Source of the DNA: Ramazzottius varieornatus | Lineage: Eukaryota; Animalia; Tardigrada | Length of the DNA stretch: 64,000 bases | Reading direction: 5' to 3' | Assembly: GCA_001949185.1 (NCBI GenBank) | Contig: BDGG01000005.1 | Location: 1,911,249-1,975,248, forward strand | Shown: positions 40,396 through 53,097 of the stretch, piece after piece | Layout: each line of letters opens with the position of its first letter | Position numbering within the stretch: the stretch's first letter is position 1 | Translations under genes and position numbers: made by a program | The notes under the pieces: generated by a model | What the model saw: only the letters and a program-made list of their open reading frames with translations | Database searches by the model: none | What the model was told of the DNA's origin: nothing

Positions 40396-42582
40396 TCACT
40401 CCGCCAACAGAGCTTCGATCTCCCGTAAACCTTCCTTCGCCGCAGCAATCTGTTTCTGCATGACCCTGATATTAGCTGACATGTCCGCATTATCCTATAA
40501 GAAAAAGGGAATCAAACGTTGATCTACTGTATTAGGGATCTCGGCAAACAGACATAACCAGACTGTTTTTCCAGGTGGCGCACCTTCTCAGTGTTATTGG
40601 CTGTAGATGTGTGCCACTTGATATAACGATCTGGTCGAGATTGATTGCCACGCTCCCATGTTGTGAACAGAAGGGACACAAGGAAAGACTTGCCTTTGTC
40701 AACTTGTCGCAAGCCTCCACGTAATGCTTAGTCTTCTTGAGGTTCTGGTTGGGGTTATGCTGTCCTACCAGGTCGGCGAAGACATTCCGAACCTTCTTGA
40801 CATCCCTTACCAGCGAGCCAGAGAACCCTTCGCCTTCCAACCGCTGCAGTTCCGGCTGGAAGGACAGCACCATCTCCCGAAGACGATCCATCTTTCGGTT
40901 CTGCTCATGGAGCTTTCGTTCATACTCCTCGACACCTGCTTCCACCTGAGCCTTTCTTTCCGACAAGCAAACTCGTTCCTTTTCCTTCTCTTCTAGCTGC
41001 GAGCTCACGCTGGAAAAGACACGTCAGGTGAACATCAAAGCTCAAATGGGAGTTTGTTGTTTTTCAAGTGGTGCACCTTATTGCTCTTGTTAGCAGAGCG
41101 CGTGCGCCACGTTGAAAAAGATCTCGTCGACTGAGTTTCAGCTTGAAGGTTTACGCACCTTTGATGATCGTCACGCATCTTGTGTAAACGAGCGAACTTC
41201 TCATCCCGTTCAGCCATCACTAAAGTCGCCTGTTCCTTCATTCGATGGAGAGTGGCATGAGCTGAAGCTATCTTGCGCTCCATCGCAGCAATCGCTTCCT
41301 TGTCCGCCTCGCTCATCGCGACGATCTGCTCGGACTTCTCTTGCTCTTCATTCTCGCCATCCTCTTCTTGAGCGTAGTCTATCGTGATGCTCAGTGCAGG
41401 CTCTGACTCGTCTTCGAGAACTACCTTGTCGGGGTCATCCATCATCACGCTGTGCTGGGTTTCCGGTTCCTCTTCTCCAACTTCCTCTTCCTCGTCTTCT
41501 GACGACTCGTCAACTGGTAGCGGTTGAATGTCTTCGCCCACATTCTCCTGTCGACTTTTTGCAGATTTGTATTCTGACTCGGACACCGGCTGGGTGACCG
41601 TGGACACTGGCCAGCTTCCGAAGTCTTCATCAGCTGCAGAACCTGCAAAGAGTACGAGTATACGATGTAGAATCATAATATGACATGAAAAGATCACGAA
41701 GTGACGACCTGATACGTTAAGTCACGAGTAAGTTAACAATGTGAGCAGTTACAACACGGTCATCTAATATAACATTACATGTCATGTCTGGTGTTACAGT
41801 AATAATCTTTACTAAGTTCCTGTGTGGTTTTACCTGCGAACATAACGGCGTCTTCTTCCGCTGCTTCAGCTGCTGTCCCATTGTCTAAGCGTATTCCATC
41901 GTCAAAAGCACTAGATGGAGGAGATGGAAGAGCACAAAGAGGTGGTGGCATGAGGCGGACATCTTCGTCTGACGCGGCAGCAGCCAGCAACGCCCCGAAG
42001 TTCTGTGGAGCGTCGGCAACTGGAGCCTCGACTCCCTTCAGGTGTTCATTATGAGTCGGAGCGTCTTCTGCAGGTTTGTTGGTAGTCTCAGGCCGGATGA
42101 TTCTCTTGACAGAACGAGTAGATGAGCCAGGAGTAGCAAACAGCTTCCGGGCAGACGAATCATGCACTATGCAACGCTTCTTACTGACAACATCACCTTT
42201 GTGACTGGAATGTGGGCAGACGCAGCACTCCTCTGGAAAACCCGATCAATCTTAAAAACCTTACGGGATGATAATCATCGTTACGGTTTCGAGCTCAGTC
42301 ATACGGTAGAGAAAAAAGTTTACTGCTTACCCAAGTTGGCCTGCTGTTTAGCATTTGCCTGGAAGCGTTTGCCCTTCGCGAACGTAGCTGCAACCACGTG
42401 CTTCTCCCCTTTGAGATCGTAGTGACCAGGTCCAGGGACGTCTGAACCTGTAAAACAAGAAAATTAGACAAATGTAAAGATGACAGCTGGCACTGATTGC
42501 TCTACGGCTGTTACATCGACCGTTATGGAGACTTACCAACTTTGTCCAGCCATCGAGTCAAGGGGGCCTTTGGAAAAGACAT
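40396..42582 (-). CDS. HMMR: HMMR/RHAMM-like spindle coiled-coil protein
   Basis: N-terminus MSFPKAPLTR..VPGPGHYDLK..FAKGKRF matches the HMMR N-terminal motif; coiled coil; C-terminal LVGQHNPNQNL resembles HMMR_C (LGHQNxxQKI). Confidence 0.78.
40535..40657. repeat. Palindrome family A copy (core 40572-40620), HMMR intron
   Basis: GGGATCTCGGCAAAC..CAGGTGGCGCAC-N25-GTGTGCCACTTG..GCTCCC. Confidence 0.85.
41065..41113. repeat. Palindrome family A core, HMMR intron
   Basis: CAAGTGGTGCAC-N25-GTGCGCCACGTT. Confidence 0.75.
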
Positions 42583-43429
42583 TCTGGACAGTCTTGGCTT
42601 CTGTCCTTTCCGGAGGAGTGTATTGTGAAGCAAAGTCGACGGATGAAGGCTATGGATCCTTAGGTGAAGGAGAAGAATCTTCGAAGAAATTCCAAGAATG
42701 AAATTGCGCAGTCGCAAGCTCGAAGCGTTGACAAGAGAAAATGTGGCGCTTTTCGGTTGATTGATTGCATTTGGAATAAGAAAGTGCGAATTGATCGACC
42801 GCGGGGATCTTTTGTCTTGTCACAGTCACTGATGAGCTGCTGTACTTTGCGTTGCCGGAGACTGAGACACATGCTCAAGCATCTGATTGGTTGCGTCAGG
42901 TGAATATCGAGGGGGAGCGAATACTCCTCAAATCATCGACCATACAACCAGAGCAAAAGAAAGCTGTTGCTCCAGTAGGATCAGACGATTCTTTCGCAAA
43001 AAGCCACATCACGATTTGGTTCCCCAGACTTCGGCGTAAGTACTCATGGCTGGTCTTCACCAGCCTACGGTTGGTGCCGAGTCAATTTTGGCACGCCGTT
43101 GTTTTCAGCACGCAAAGTACTGCAGCTCTACAGTGGTCACAGTCTTGTCAACAACGTCGCTCGGCAGATGGCGCTTTCAGTACGGTTAGCTATTCCAATC
43201 ATTTTCATTCTCCAGTGATTACGTTTAATTTCGGTAGGCGGAAAGGAACCAAGTATTCTGAAATCTTGCACCATTGAGCAAGCAATGGAAATACAGTAGT
43301 TTATCGGCGACAGGTATGGTACACCGGTCACAAAGCACGGTGCCATAGTTAGAGTAAAGCTACAGAAGTTTGGCATTCCATTGAGTGGACGGCTAAGGTT
43401 AGGAACATCGAGAAAATGGATCACAGATT

Positions 43430-45826
43430 TCACGAAGGGCTCATGATGTCTTCGACAGTCTCCGGAAGGCGAACGCCTCTGGTTTCTGGCAAAATGTACG
43501 TAACCGCGGCGCCACCCAGACCAAGAATGCCGCAGAGGACGAAAGGCACCTCGGGCGACGTGTAAGTTCCCTGAAAAACGAAGAGAATACTTCTGTCGAT
43601 GGCATGTTGCAGTTCAAACTCCGAACTTTGGAAACATGGCAGTTTTTGGCCGTACCAGAAGGAGAAGCTGCGGTGCTAAAACGCCACCTAGTCGCATAGC
43701 AAACGAACAGACTCCCAGTCCCTTATTCCGCACCACTGTAGGCATAAGGTCCGATGCGTAGGGCAACATCGCATTGAAGAGTGCATGAGTTCCACCACGG
43801 GCGAACTGTGCGAATACGGTTCGAATGATCGCATAGGTAGTCGTCGAAGTGGGAAGCGAGCCGGCAATGATCGAGAGCACCGCGGTGATGGCGCACGTCC
43901 AAATCAGAGGCCTCCTGCAGCCGAACCTGTGGAAGCAACCGAGAAACATGCCAAACTTCGATTGATTTGATGCAGAACTTCGAAACATAAGATTACCGTT
44001 TTGTGGCAACCATTGTGAGTAGCGTCGCCGGTAGCTCCAGACTTCCGGCTATCGCAACATTGACGTGTTTCTCTCCGAATAAGTCCGTGATGGCGAAAGA
44101 GATGACGTAGTACCACAGACTCGCGACGAACCTATCCAAATAGAGTACACGGACTCATCGTTAGGGAAGAAGCGCGAAGTTGCCAACTCGGCAAAAAACA
44201 AAGGGTGTAAAATGTTCGAGCAGGCTTACCATATATACATAAGGCCAAGGATGCGCTTCCTGAGTTGCGGGCTGGAGAAGAGATTCCAGGTGGAGTATCC
44301 TCCGTCCTTCTCCAACGAATCATCATCTTCCTTCTGATACCACAGCACTAGGTAGTTCTCACAGTCGGAAACTTTCTTCGATTTAGGCAGATTGTTGAAC
44401 TTCAAGATACTGGCGGTAGCAGACTTGGCTTCCTCGAACTTCTGGCTGACGTACAACCATCGAATGGATTCTTTCACGAACCTGCATGCCGAAAATACAG
44501 TCACTAAAACAAACTGTTGCGATTCGAAAAAAATGCATTCGGAATAGTAATACGTACAGTAAGCAAGGGAGGACAATGACAGGTACTATAGTAATAAAGA
44601 GCTGTAGATTTCTCCAGTTTGGAAGACCGTATGCTATTCCGGCGAGGCTGATGACTCCAGATACCCACATCAGTTGCGCGCTTACACCGGCGAATTCACG
44701 ATATCTCCCGGAGAAGGTTTCCATCAGCAAAGTAAAGGCAGTCAGATCCGCTCCCTGTGAGAAAAAAGAGCCCGTTCTTAACAACGCAAGCTGTGTAATC
44801 GACAAATAATATATTGCTTGCTTGCATAAAGCATCCGACGAGGAACCGGAAGACCAGGAAGACCCAAATGTTCGGCGCGAATGTTACTCCAAAGCCACTT
44901 CCGATGAGCAATAAGGTCGCCACCAGAATCGCTGTTTTCCGTCCTTTGGCGTCAGAGATTAATCCAATCAAAGCCCCGCCGAACATGCACCCTGTAGTAA
45001 CCAGTTGATATTAGTGACTTAATACAACGTTATAATACCAAATTTCGCCATTTGGGACGAAGGCAAATGAACCGAACCGATGAGCCAAGCGGCGCACGTT
45101 ATCGTTGTTGGTAGCTAAAAGTGTGCGCCACTGGAAAGAGCGTTCTTGTACAAGTGATTTGCCGACGTCCCATCTTCGTGAACTAAGGTCGAAAGCAGTC
45201 CACGGGTCGGCGAGATCGGAGACTGTCAAGTTTTATTCTTACGTACCGACAAAGTAGATCGTAGTGCCCATGCTTGTCAGCCAGTAGTTCTCGCAGATCA
45301 AGTCGAACTACACAATCAGGTCAGAAATATGACGCAAGACAACTAACAGAAAGTAGTAGTAAATGGGAAATCATACCTCACTAACGATGGTTGTTTCCGA
45401 CGGAAGGTGAAAATCATATTGTAGACTGCAGTTATTACAGAAACCTGGCTTTGAGGAAGTGTTTGTCCATGCAGCAGAAGGTTTCATGCAGCTGGTAACC
45501 TCACCATCCGAGGTGAACATCATCATAGTCCGACAACCCGGAAGATCCTCTGGTCGGCTAATATTCACCTCTGTCCCTCCACAATGTGAACCAGACGGTC
45601 TTCCACCGAGGAAGATCATGGCCAGGCTGTTGTAAGCGAAAGGTATATGCATGAAGGCCAGCAAAAAGAAGGCAATGATCTGGTAGCGGCCTGGACGACC
45701 CAGGAAACCCAGCAGGGTATCCACATCCTTCCGTGGCATCTCAGAATTCTCAGCCACCGCGAGGTGAGATTCGGGTTGCTGCTTGATGGCTGAAAGCGAC
45801 GAATTTATTTCGGTAGTATCAGACAT
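43430..45826 (-). CDS. SLC22-family organic cation/anion transporter (MFS)
   Basis: GRPGRYQI, Cys-rich first loop ending TIVSEFDLIC, SDAKGRK, ESIRWL, RFGCRRP, DLMPTVVRNKGLG, LPETRGVRLPET. Confidence 0.9.
45054..45171. repeat. Palindrome family A copy (core 45086-45134), SLC22 intron
   Basis: CAAGCGGCGCAC-N25-GTGCGCCACTGG..TTTGCCGACGTCCC. Confidence 0.8.
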
Positions 45827-46260
45827 CGTTAAAAGCGTTATTACAGTCTCCCGAGCAATACTCTGCAATGTTCTGTCTATGCGTTGTTGTACGAATGCAA
45901 ACTCGTAACAGAGCAAATATTGGCTGTTAAAGGGGCGAGGACAGAGATGATAGACGGAACTACAGTGACCAAGCGGAAGATATGGGGTACTTCGCCGTGA
46001 CAGCTAGGGCGGCCTGCGATAAGATGCTGCCCAAATTGTGAAATAGTGCTCGGTCACTGATTTATCAATACTGATATGCAAACGATCCTGTCAATCGGTG
46101 AGCTGGCACCATGACCACTGTTCGCCTTGCGAAGTCGATCGATTAAAATCTCAAAAATTCGAAATTTTAAAGTATTCTAGAGAAATCCAGAGAAAATCAA
46201 GACTTGCAAAAATCACAGAAAAATAGAAATAGTAGAAAATGTAAGGAGTGAAGAAAGAAT

Positions 46261-49200
46261 TTACTCGTTTACGGCTTCGTCAATTTCTTGCATTTTGGAT
46301 ACGGGTTCGTTATCGCTGTCTTTCTTCTTAGACGGTTCCACGTACTTGTAGAATCGAACCATGAAAGCGAAGAGGACACCAAAGACTCCAATCAGCCCGG
46401 CAAAGATGAAGAACTCGGTAGCCTGCAAAAAACTACCATGATCCACTGCTGCGTATGATATGGGATCTATCCAGTAAGCATGCAGCAGACGCCCACCTGG
46501 TTCTCCGTTATCTTGGTACCAGCGATGATGATTGTAATAACGTTACCAAAAGCTGTTGTCATCAGCCATCCAGCTTGCAACACCGCCTAGTTATTTCGAC
46601 AGAAAGGCAACATTTGTAAACACAATGCATATGGGAGCTCGGTGAACAAATTCGACAAGACTGTTCTCCCAAATGGTGCACGTTCTCCAAGTTTTTGGCT
46701 GATGGCGTGCGCCACTTTGAAAATCAATCCTGTCGGAATATAAAAATGGAGGATATGAAAAAGAACGGACCTTCATACTGGGTGGAGACTGGGAGTAAGC
46801 GAAAGCCACACCACTGACGGAGAAAAGGACTTCACCGAGTGTGATGATGAAGTACTGGGGAACTGCAATGGACAATGAGAAAGTTTAGCGACGCCCTTTG
46901 GATCGATTTATGACACACAAGAGTAAAGTGAGCCGATATTTCATTTCTTGATATTTTGTAAGAATGATCTTACGCTGCCAAAAGATGTTGATGGAACTCG
47001 CGGGTACAATCGAATGCACGGCCCATGGAGCTTTCTTCTCGCTTTCTTGCAGTCCCTCGGGATCTTTCAATATCACAGTGTACACTCCTCCGTTCTGTAC
47101 CAGCAGACGCTCGGATCCTACTCGACGCTTTCCGTAGAGAGCGTACTGGTCAGCCACGTAGATCTCATATCTCCAAGGGAAAAAGGATCACATGCTGAAC
47201 AAACGCGGTAAAATTCTTGGGAACACAGTACGTACTTTCCATGAAGGACTTCCGGTAACGCAGCGTCCGCCACGGTTGAATTTTCCTCGAAGAAGGCTGT
47301 ATTCTGGTCGAGAAGTACTGTATAGCGATGTCCTTTCTTACTCGAAGCCACATCGGGGTTGATCAAAGTCACTTCGCCGGAAGTGGAGTTGAGACTGAAG
47401 GGCACGACCATCCGGACGAAACCGGTGCCCTTCTTCGGCTTTTCCTTCTTATCCATAACCTAGACAGCAGACACAACAAACCCTTGTCGACTTTGAGCGT
47501 CATGTTATTTACAGTAATCGCAAAACTCTTACCAGTTTCGTGTTGAAGGCGTCGTTGAATGCTCCAATGTATACGGAATGGACGCCTTTCTCCACAATGG
47601 TATGGCTCTTCATCGTCGTGCCTGTGTTAGACTGGAAGGCCTGTCCGCACTTGGTCCAATCGTTAGGATTCAGCCTGATAGTCACTGTAGTTTTGTTGTT
47701 GACGTTTGCGACGCCGGCATCCCACATCTAGAACAACCTCCATGTATTAATTTATTTTTATTTTATTTCGGAATATTAAACAGTACCCAGGCAAACATTC
47801 TAGACAAGATCGTTTCTCCAAGTGGCGCACGTGTTCAGGTGACCGCATTAAAAGCGCCCGCCACTTGGGAAACCATCCTTGTTGAGTTTGTTTGCCTGGC
47901 TCATAAGTAAGAAGGATGTATGTGTACCTGGTAGGCTTTGATATCCTGCGATTCCATTGAGTCGCCCCAGCCCGACGTACCGGCAGACACTGGACATGGC
48001 AATGTATTGAACAAGCGAAGTTCGCCGGTTCCGGCTACTGGAGGGACAGGAACAGTAGCCTGCAAGGTACTCCATGACTCTCGCTGAAACCTGCCTGGAA
48101 AATGTACGCATAGAGAAATGGAAAGTGTTTGTGACGACATACGTCGATTTGCATTTGCAGCAAGCCGGCAATCACGAAGGCGGCTCCAGCGAAGAACATG
48201 CCAAAAATCATCCGAGTCAGCAGCCTGCAAGTCAGTTATTATCCACGTAAAAATATCTATATAGAGTGCGAAGAAGAAACGCGGAATTTCAACTACCGGA
48301 AGTTGATGTTGCATCTTTTAAGTGTGGGGAAAACGATCGTTTCGAAGAACGGTACCAAGATAAGAATCAGGACTACGGCGTAGAACAGAATGATGCGCAG
48401 TATGAACAAAATAAGGTACCGCGAAGTCAGTCATACCAGGATTGAAGATTTGAACTTGATCAGGTTTCCAGTAGAAATTGTCCGTGATCCGACCGTCCAT
48501 CTTGTTCGCTTGAAGCGTCCATCGCGAACCCTGTGGAAAAAAGAAAAAGAGTGGAGCTCGAATTTTCAACACTCGTAAGCCGATTTACCGAATATAGATC
48601 AGAGAGACCCCACTGACATACATACCTTCTGGTCGAACAGGGTCCAGAAGATGGGAAGCGGAAGGAACATCTTGAGAACCGGCATAATTTGCTTTACGTC
48701 ATTGACGAAACTTTTCTAATGATATAGAACAAGTCAGATGCGTCCCCAACGATCCATTTCAGTAGTGAAAATCCTGGTACCTCAAATTTATCGGAAGCGT
48801 AGTCCAGCCAATGTTGATTCTTCTGTCCATTGTGCGTTGTATTTCGTCCCCGAAATCTGTTGTAGACTGCGTGCTGCAAGAACCCACAAGTGGTTACAAG
48901 ACTAGCGTGGACTAAGAGAACGTACTAGCTGCTGACATTCTTACCGAGACGCACATTACCACCCGGCCTAGAATATTGCCGGTGAGCGGGACGTTCCGGT
49001 AAAAGGGTCTGCCAAGTAAAAACAGAACTAGTCGGAAATTAGGCATCTGAACGACTGAAATTTTAGCTCTAAGAACTTATTTGGATTACTCGCTTACCGA
49101 TAGAAAGGCTCAATAAAGCTGCAGGAAGACCGAATGCCTGTAGGGTGAGACATGATACAAGGACCTCCTAATATCCAACGGAAACCAACCTAGAACTTAC

Positions 49201-50447
49201 CGCAGGGTAGCATCCCTCTTTCCCCAGACACGATACGTCACCTACAAGGACAGCACTTAACGACGAGACACGGGAAGGACGGTAAAGTAACGATTTTGAT
49301 CCACTTTGCGCGCCATTGACCAAGAGAACTTACTGCGTAATATCGGAGTGACGAACGTCGATACCAAGCTTCCGGCGTTGATGCAGAAGTAAAAGACGGA
49401 GAAGAAGCTCTCTCGCTGTCGTTCCTGCGTTGAGTTAGAAAGGATGCGTGAAAACAGGCATCAGACAGCTGCGACTTCCGGTGGACCAACCTGGCCCTCA
49501 CGGAATTGGTCACCGCCGTACGAGACTACACACGGTTTGATACCACCAGTACCGAGTGCTACTAGGAATAAGCCGCTCAGAAACCCAGAGCTAGAACAAA
49601 CCAATAGTCAGAAACCTTTCAGTACCTGGGAAGAGCATTATGAGCTCGAGGCCAAGTTGGTAGTTGTCTTACACGGGACTCAATCCGATCGAAGGTATGG
49701 AAGACAAGGTCATCAGCACAAGTCCGCCGATGTACACCAGCGACAGCAGAAAGATTGTTCTGCATGAGATATATCGGCGTAGTACCCATGAGATGTATCG
49801 GCGAAGTCGTGGAAATGGTAGAGCAAAGGCAACTTACGAGAACTTGCCGATGTATCCGTCCGCTAACATAGCTCCCAGGATCGGTGTGAAGTACGACGTA
49901 ATGAGGAAAACATGGTAGATCTGCAAATGAGTCGTTCAGTCAGCACGTGTGGGATGTGTAGAACGTTGACAGGCTTACATACGCACCAGTGTAGCTCTTG
50001 ATTCCGTCCAGAAGAAGGCTTCCAGAAAGTAAAGCGTCAAGACCGCTGAAATTAGGGAACAGAGATTAGTCGAGCTTGATGGACGGAACAAACATCAGTC
50101 AGCTGTCTTGCTTCCGGAATATCTCTTTGCTACCTTTCATTCCATAAAAGGCGAATCTACAACGTAAATAAAAGCGATGCATGCAAACGCCCTTGTGGGA
50201 AGGTTGAACTGACAGAATGTTGTGAGATGCCAAACATACCGTTCACAGAGCTCGTTTCCCAGAATGAAGATGATGTAAAATGGATACTTTAGCTTTGGTT
50301 TCTGAAGGCGAAAAACATTCTTAGCTCGGATTACCGGACAGGGTTGAAAGAAAATGCTGGTCGATGAGAAAAGCAACAGGTGGTTACCACGAGGCTTTCC
50401 GATGTAGACGATCGTTCCACGCCCCTCCCGTTACTTGTAGTGGGCAT
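46261..50447 (-). CDS. SLC15/PepT (POT family) oligopeptide transporter, copy 1
   Basis: [83 protein letters not shown]. Confidence 0.92.
46633..46736. repeat. Palindrome family A copy (core 46670-46718), SLC15 intron
   Basis: GGGAGCTCGGTGAACAAATTCGACAAGA..CAAATGGTGCAC-N25-GTGCGCCACTTT. Confidence 0.8.
47786..47900. repeat. Palindrome family A copy (core 47819-47867), SLC15 intron
   Basis: CCAGGCAAAC..CAAGTGGCGCAC-N25-GCCCGCCACTTG..GTTTGCCTGG. Confidence 0.85.
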
Positions 50448-51479
50448 ATTGGAAGCCTTGTTGGAGATCCTGTCCAGCTCTTTGCGGAGGTATTCTGTGA
50501 GAAAGCATACGCGAGTAGGGAATGGAAACAGCATTCAGTCTGGCAATGTGGGAAGATCTAGAGCCGCGCGGGATGAAAGGGGAGCTTTGGTTCGCTCGAA
50601 ATCAAGCCAATTCTCAATCAATGCAAATACGAGTCTGGTTTGTCTGGCGTGACGTCATCGCGGACCACGCCTCGATATCCGATCACTTTGGAGGTGGACA
50701 ATGGTCCCTGAACACATGCCAGCTAGGATAAACCTTCCTCACCAGTAGTCACCCGCTTGTAGACGTACGTACCTGAGTTCGCTTTGCTCTTTTCTTCCGA
50801 TGCACGATACTGCGCCATCGGCAGACCGTCGTCTTGATCCTTCATTGTGCTGCAGTCCGAATTACCGTACAGTAAAACAACTCACCGGAAGTCAGTGCTA
50901 AATCAAGAAGCTGAGATTTTCACATGAGGTATTTGTGAGATAGCCTTGTGATCTGTTTAGTCCGGACCACAAGCTGATGGCTTCACCAGCTACTGTACCT
51001 GAAATATCCATCTGGCGCGTCATAGGGTTTGTGCTCACATGATACTAGCAGGATATCAGAGTTATGTCATGATTATCGAAATGTCGATTAGCAATTTTAA
51101 TCATATCTCAAAAATTGTTGTAACCTCTATCTGTAATTCTATACGGTGACTCAAACCAACAAGTCGGAGCTCTGTAGTTCGGACCTCTGCGAAATCTACT
51201 GGTGCTACTCGATCGTCCGATGTATTTTGACGAGAAGTTCACAGTGCGTACCGTACGCATAGCTAACCCACAAAGAATGCGGGCTACTCCGCTGTCGCTT
51301 TGACCGCGGTATGTGGTCAGAGCTCATACGTGAAGACGAATGCGTTTTATTGTACTTCCACATAAAGGTCAAGCCAGTGTAAAGACGTTAGAAAAGTAAA
51401 TATTAGTAAGCTGTACGGATACAATCGATTTAGGCAAGATATCCAACATCCAGGTCCACCCGTGCCGATCGATCGAACA

Positions 51480-52597
51480 TTATGGACTATCAGGAACTTC
51501 AGGACCGTCTGGCAAAGGAGGCTTCTTCACGGCTTTGATAATAATGACATCTTGAGCGTCAGTCAAAGCACTGTTTGATGAAACATTCGAGTCGCTGGCT
51601 TTCGATATCTCGAACTCAGAGTACCCAGCGTACTTTAGGGCCTTGAGATATTCCTCTTCGGTGAGCTTGCAGACATGGAACTTCTCGTCGTCTACCATGT
51701 AGTAAGAAGCATCGATCCAGTCTGTCAAGATTAACGTTCCTCCAACAACTAAGTACTCGCTCATTCTCTCGAGGCAGTTCTCGAAATCGTCATAGTCGTC
51801 CGCGGCGACGGAGAACGTGAACGAAGCTGTCAGGACGTCGACGGGCGTCAGCTTTTCGGGTACCAGTGGGTCGCTGCACATTAAGTCACAAGGTAAGATG
51901 GCGATGATGGAATTTCGGAGGCGTTCTTCGTAATCTTCCCATTCTTCTTCTTTCTGATCTAACCTAGCTGCATACTGCAATACAGTATATAAATATATAA
52001 GCTCGCTAAACAAACTGACGAGTTCGTTTTACCAAGTGGCGCACGCGTTCAGGTTATACACTGGAGACGTGTGCCGCATGGGAAAACAGCCTTGTCTAGC
52101 TTGTTTGAGGGCTTTGAACTGCGCAACCAAGAACCACTGTCTTCGCTGCGTTATGCAATGTTCGAGGCACAAGATACGGGAGTACGGTACGGTACCTTGA
52201 AATAGCCGATCCAGTCGTAAGCAGCTGAGTCTCCGGCGCACCACATTTGAAGCTGGAATGAAAGTATGCCAAGTTCATGCTGATGATCTTGAAGAATATA
52301 TGGTTGATTTTACAGTACCTCCATCCGGCATCCGGGTGTAAAATCGGTAGAATAGATATAGTGAAATTTCAACGAGCCGGGTATCAAATAGGCAATAGAC
52401 GGTCCAGTTCCGACGTCCATGAGGCGTCCCTTGCCTTTGGGGCATGCTTCGAAAAGACTGTTGAGCTTCCGGAAAATGAATCCAGATAAATTTGTCTCTA
52501 ATCCTTTGCCATCGTCGTCGGTCTTGTAGTATTGTTCCAGATACTTTCGAGCGTTGAAGTCCCGGCCATAATCGTAGCGAGTCTTTGGCTTTGACAT
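51480..52597 (-). CDS. NNMT/PNMT/INMT-family SAM-dependent methyltransferase
   Basis: DFNARKYLEQYY, LMDVGTGPSI, LPCDL, DVLTASF, YLVVGGTLIL, YYMVDDEKF. Confidence 0.88.
52001..52110. repeat. Palindrome family A copy (core 52033-52080), methyltransferase intron
   Basis: CAAGTGGCGCAC-N24-GTGTGCCGCATG. Confidence 0.75.
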
Positions 52598-53097
52598 GGT
52601 AGCACTCAGGACAGACCAGGGTGAGTCGTGATCGACTCTTCCTGGATACAACCCACACAGCTGCCAAACTTCCGGTCGGCACTCTTAAAGAGTTTCTTCA
52701 AGTACTAGTGTGAAGTAGAAGATCTAAGAGACTACACAAACAACTTCCGCTTCGCAAATAGCTCGTTATGCATAAGGAGTCTGTGATTTAAGAAGCCGAG
52801 CCTTTAGATCAACAGTGAAGGAGGAGTTTTGAATAGAGCACAACCATAAAGAAGCAATATTCTGTTTATCGATGTTGCATGTGTCATGTTGACGTTAGTT
52901 CACTGGGCTAAAAATATCCTTATCGACAGTTACACGATATCCAAAAACATAACTGTCTTGACGACCCCTGTGTTCTTCCAGACTAATTTTTAAATTTTTC
53001 GATCAGCTTGACAGTGGTAGACAATCCATCGTAAGTGCAAGGCAAGAACGTATGTGCCAGAAAAAATTGAAGAACCGGGAAGAAGAATTTAGAAATT

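Noticed and set aside
49763-49810. 24-bp tandem duplication CATGAGATRTATCGGCGWAGT
   Set aside because: Simple two-copy intronic duplication with no further structure.
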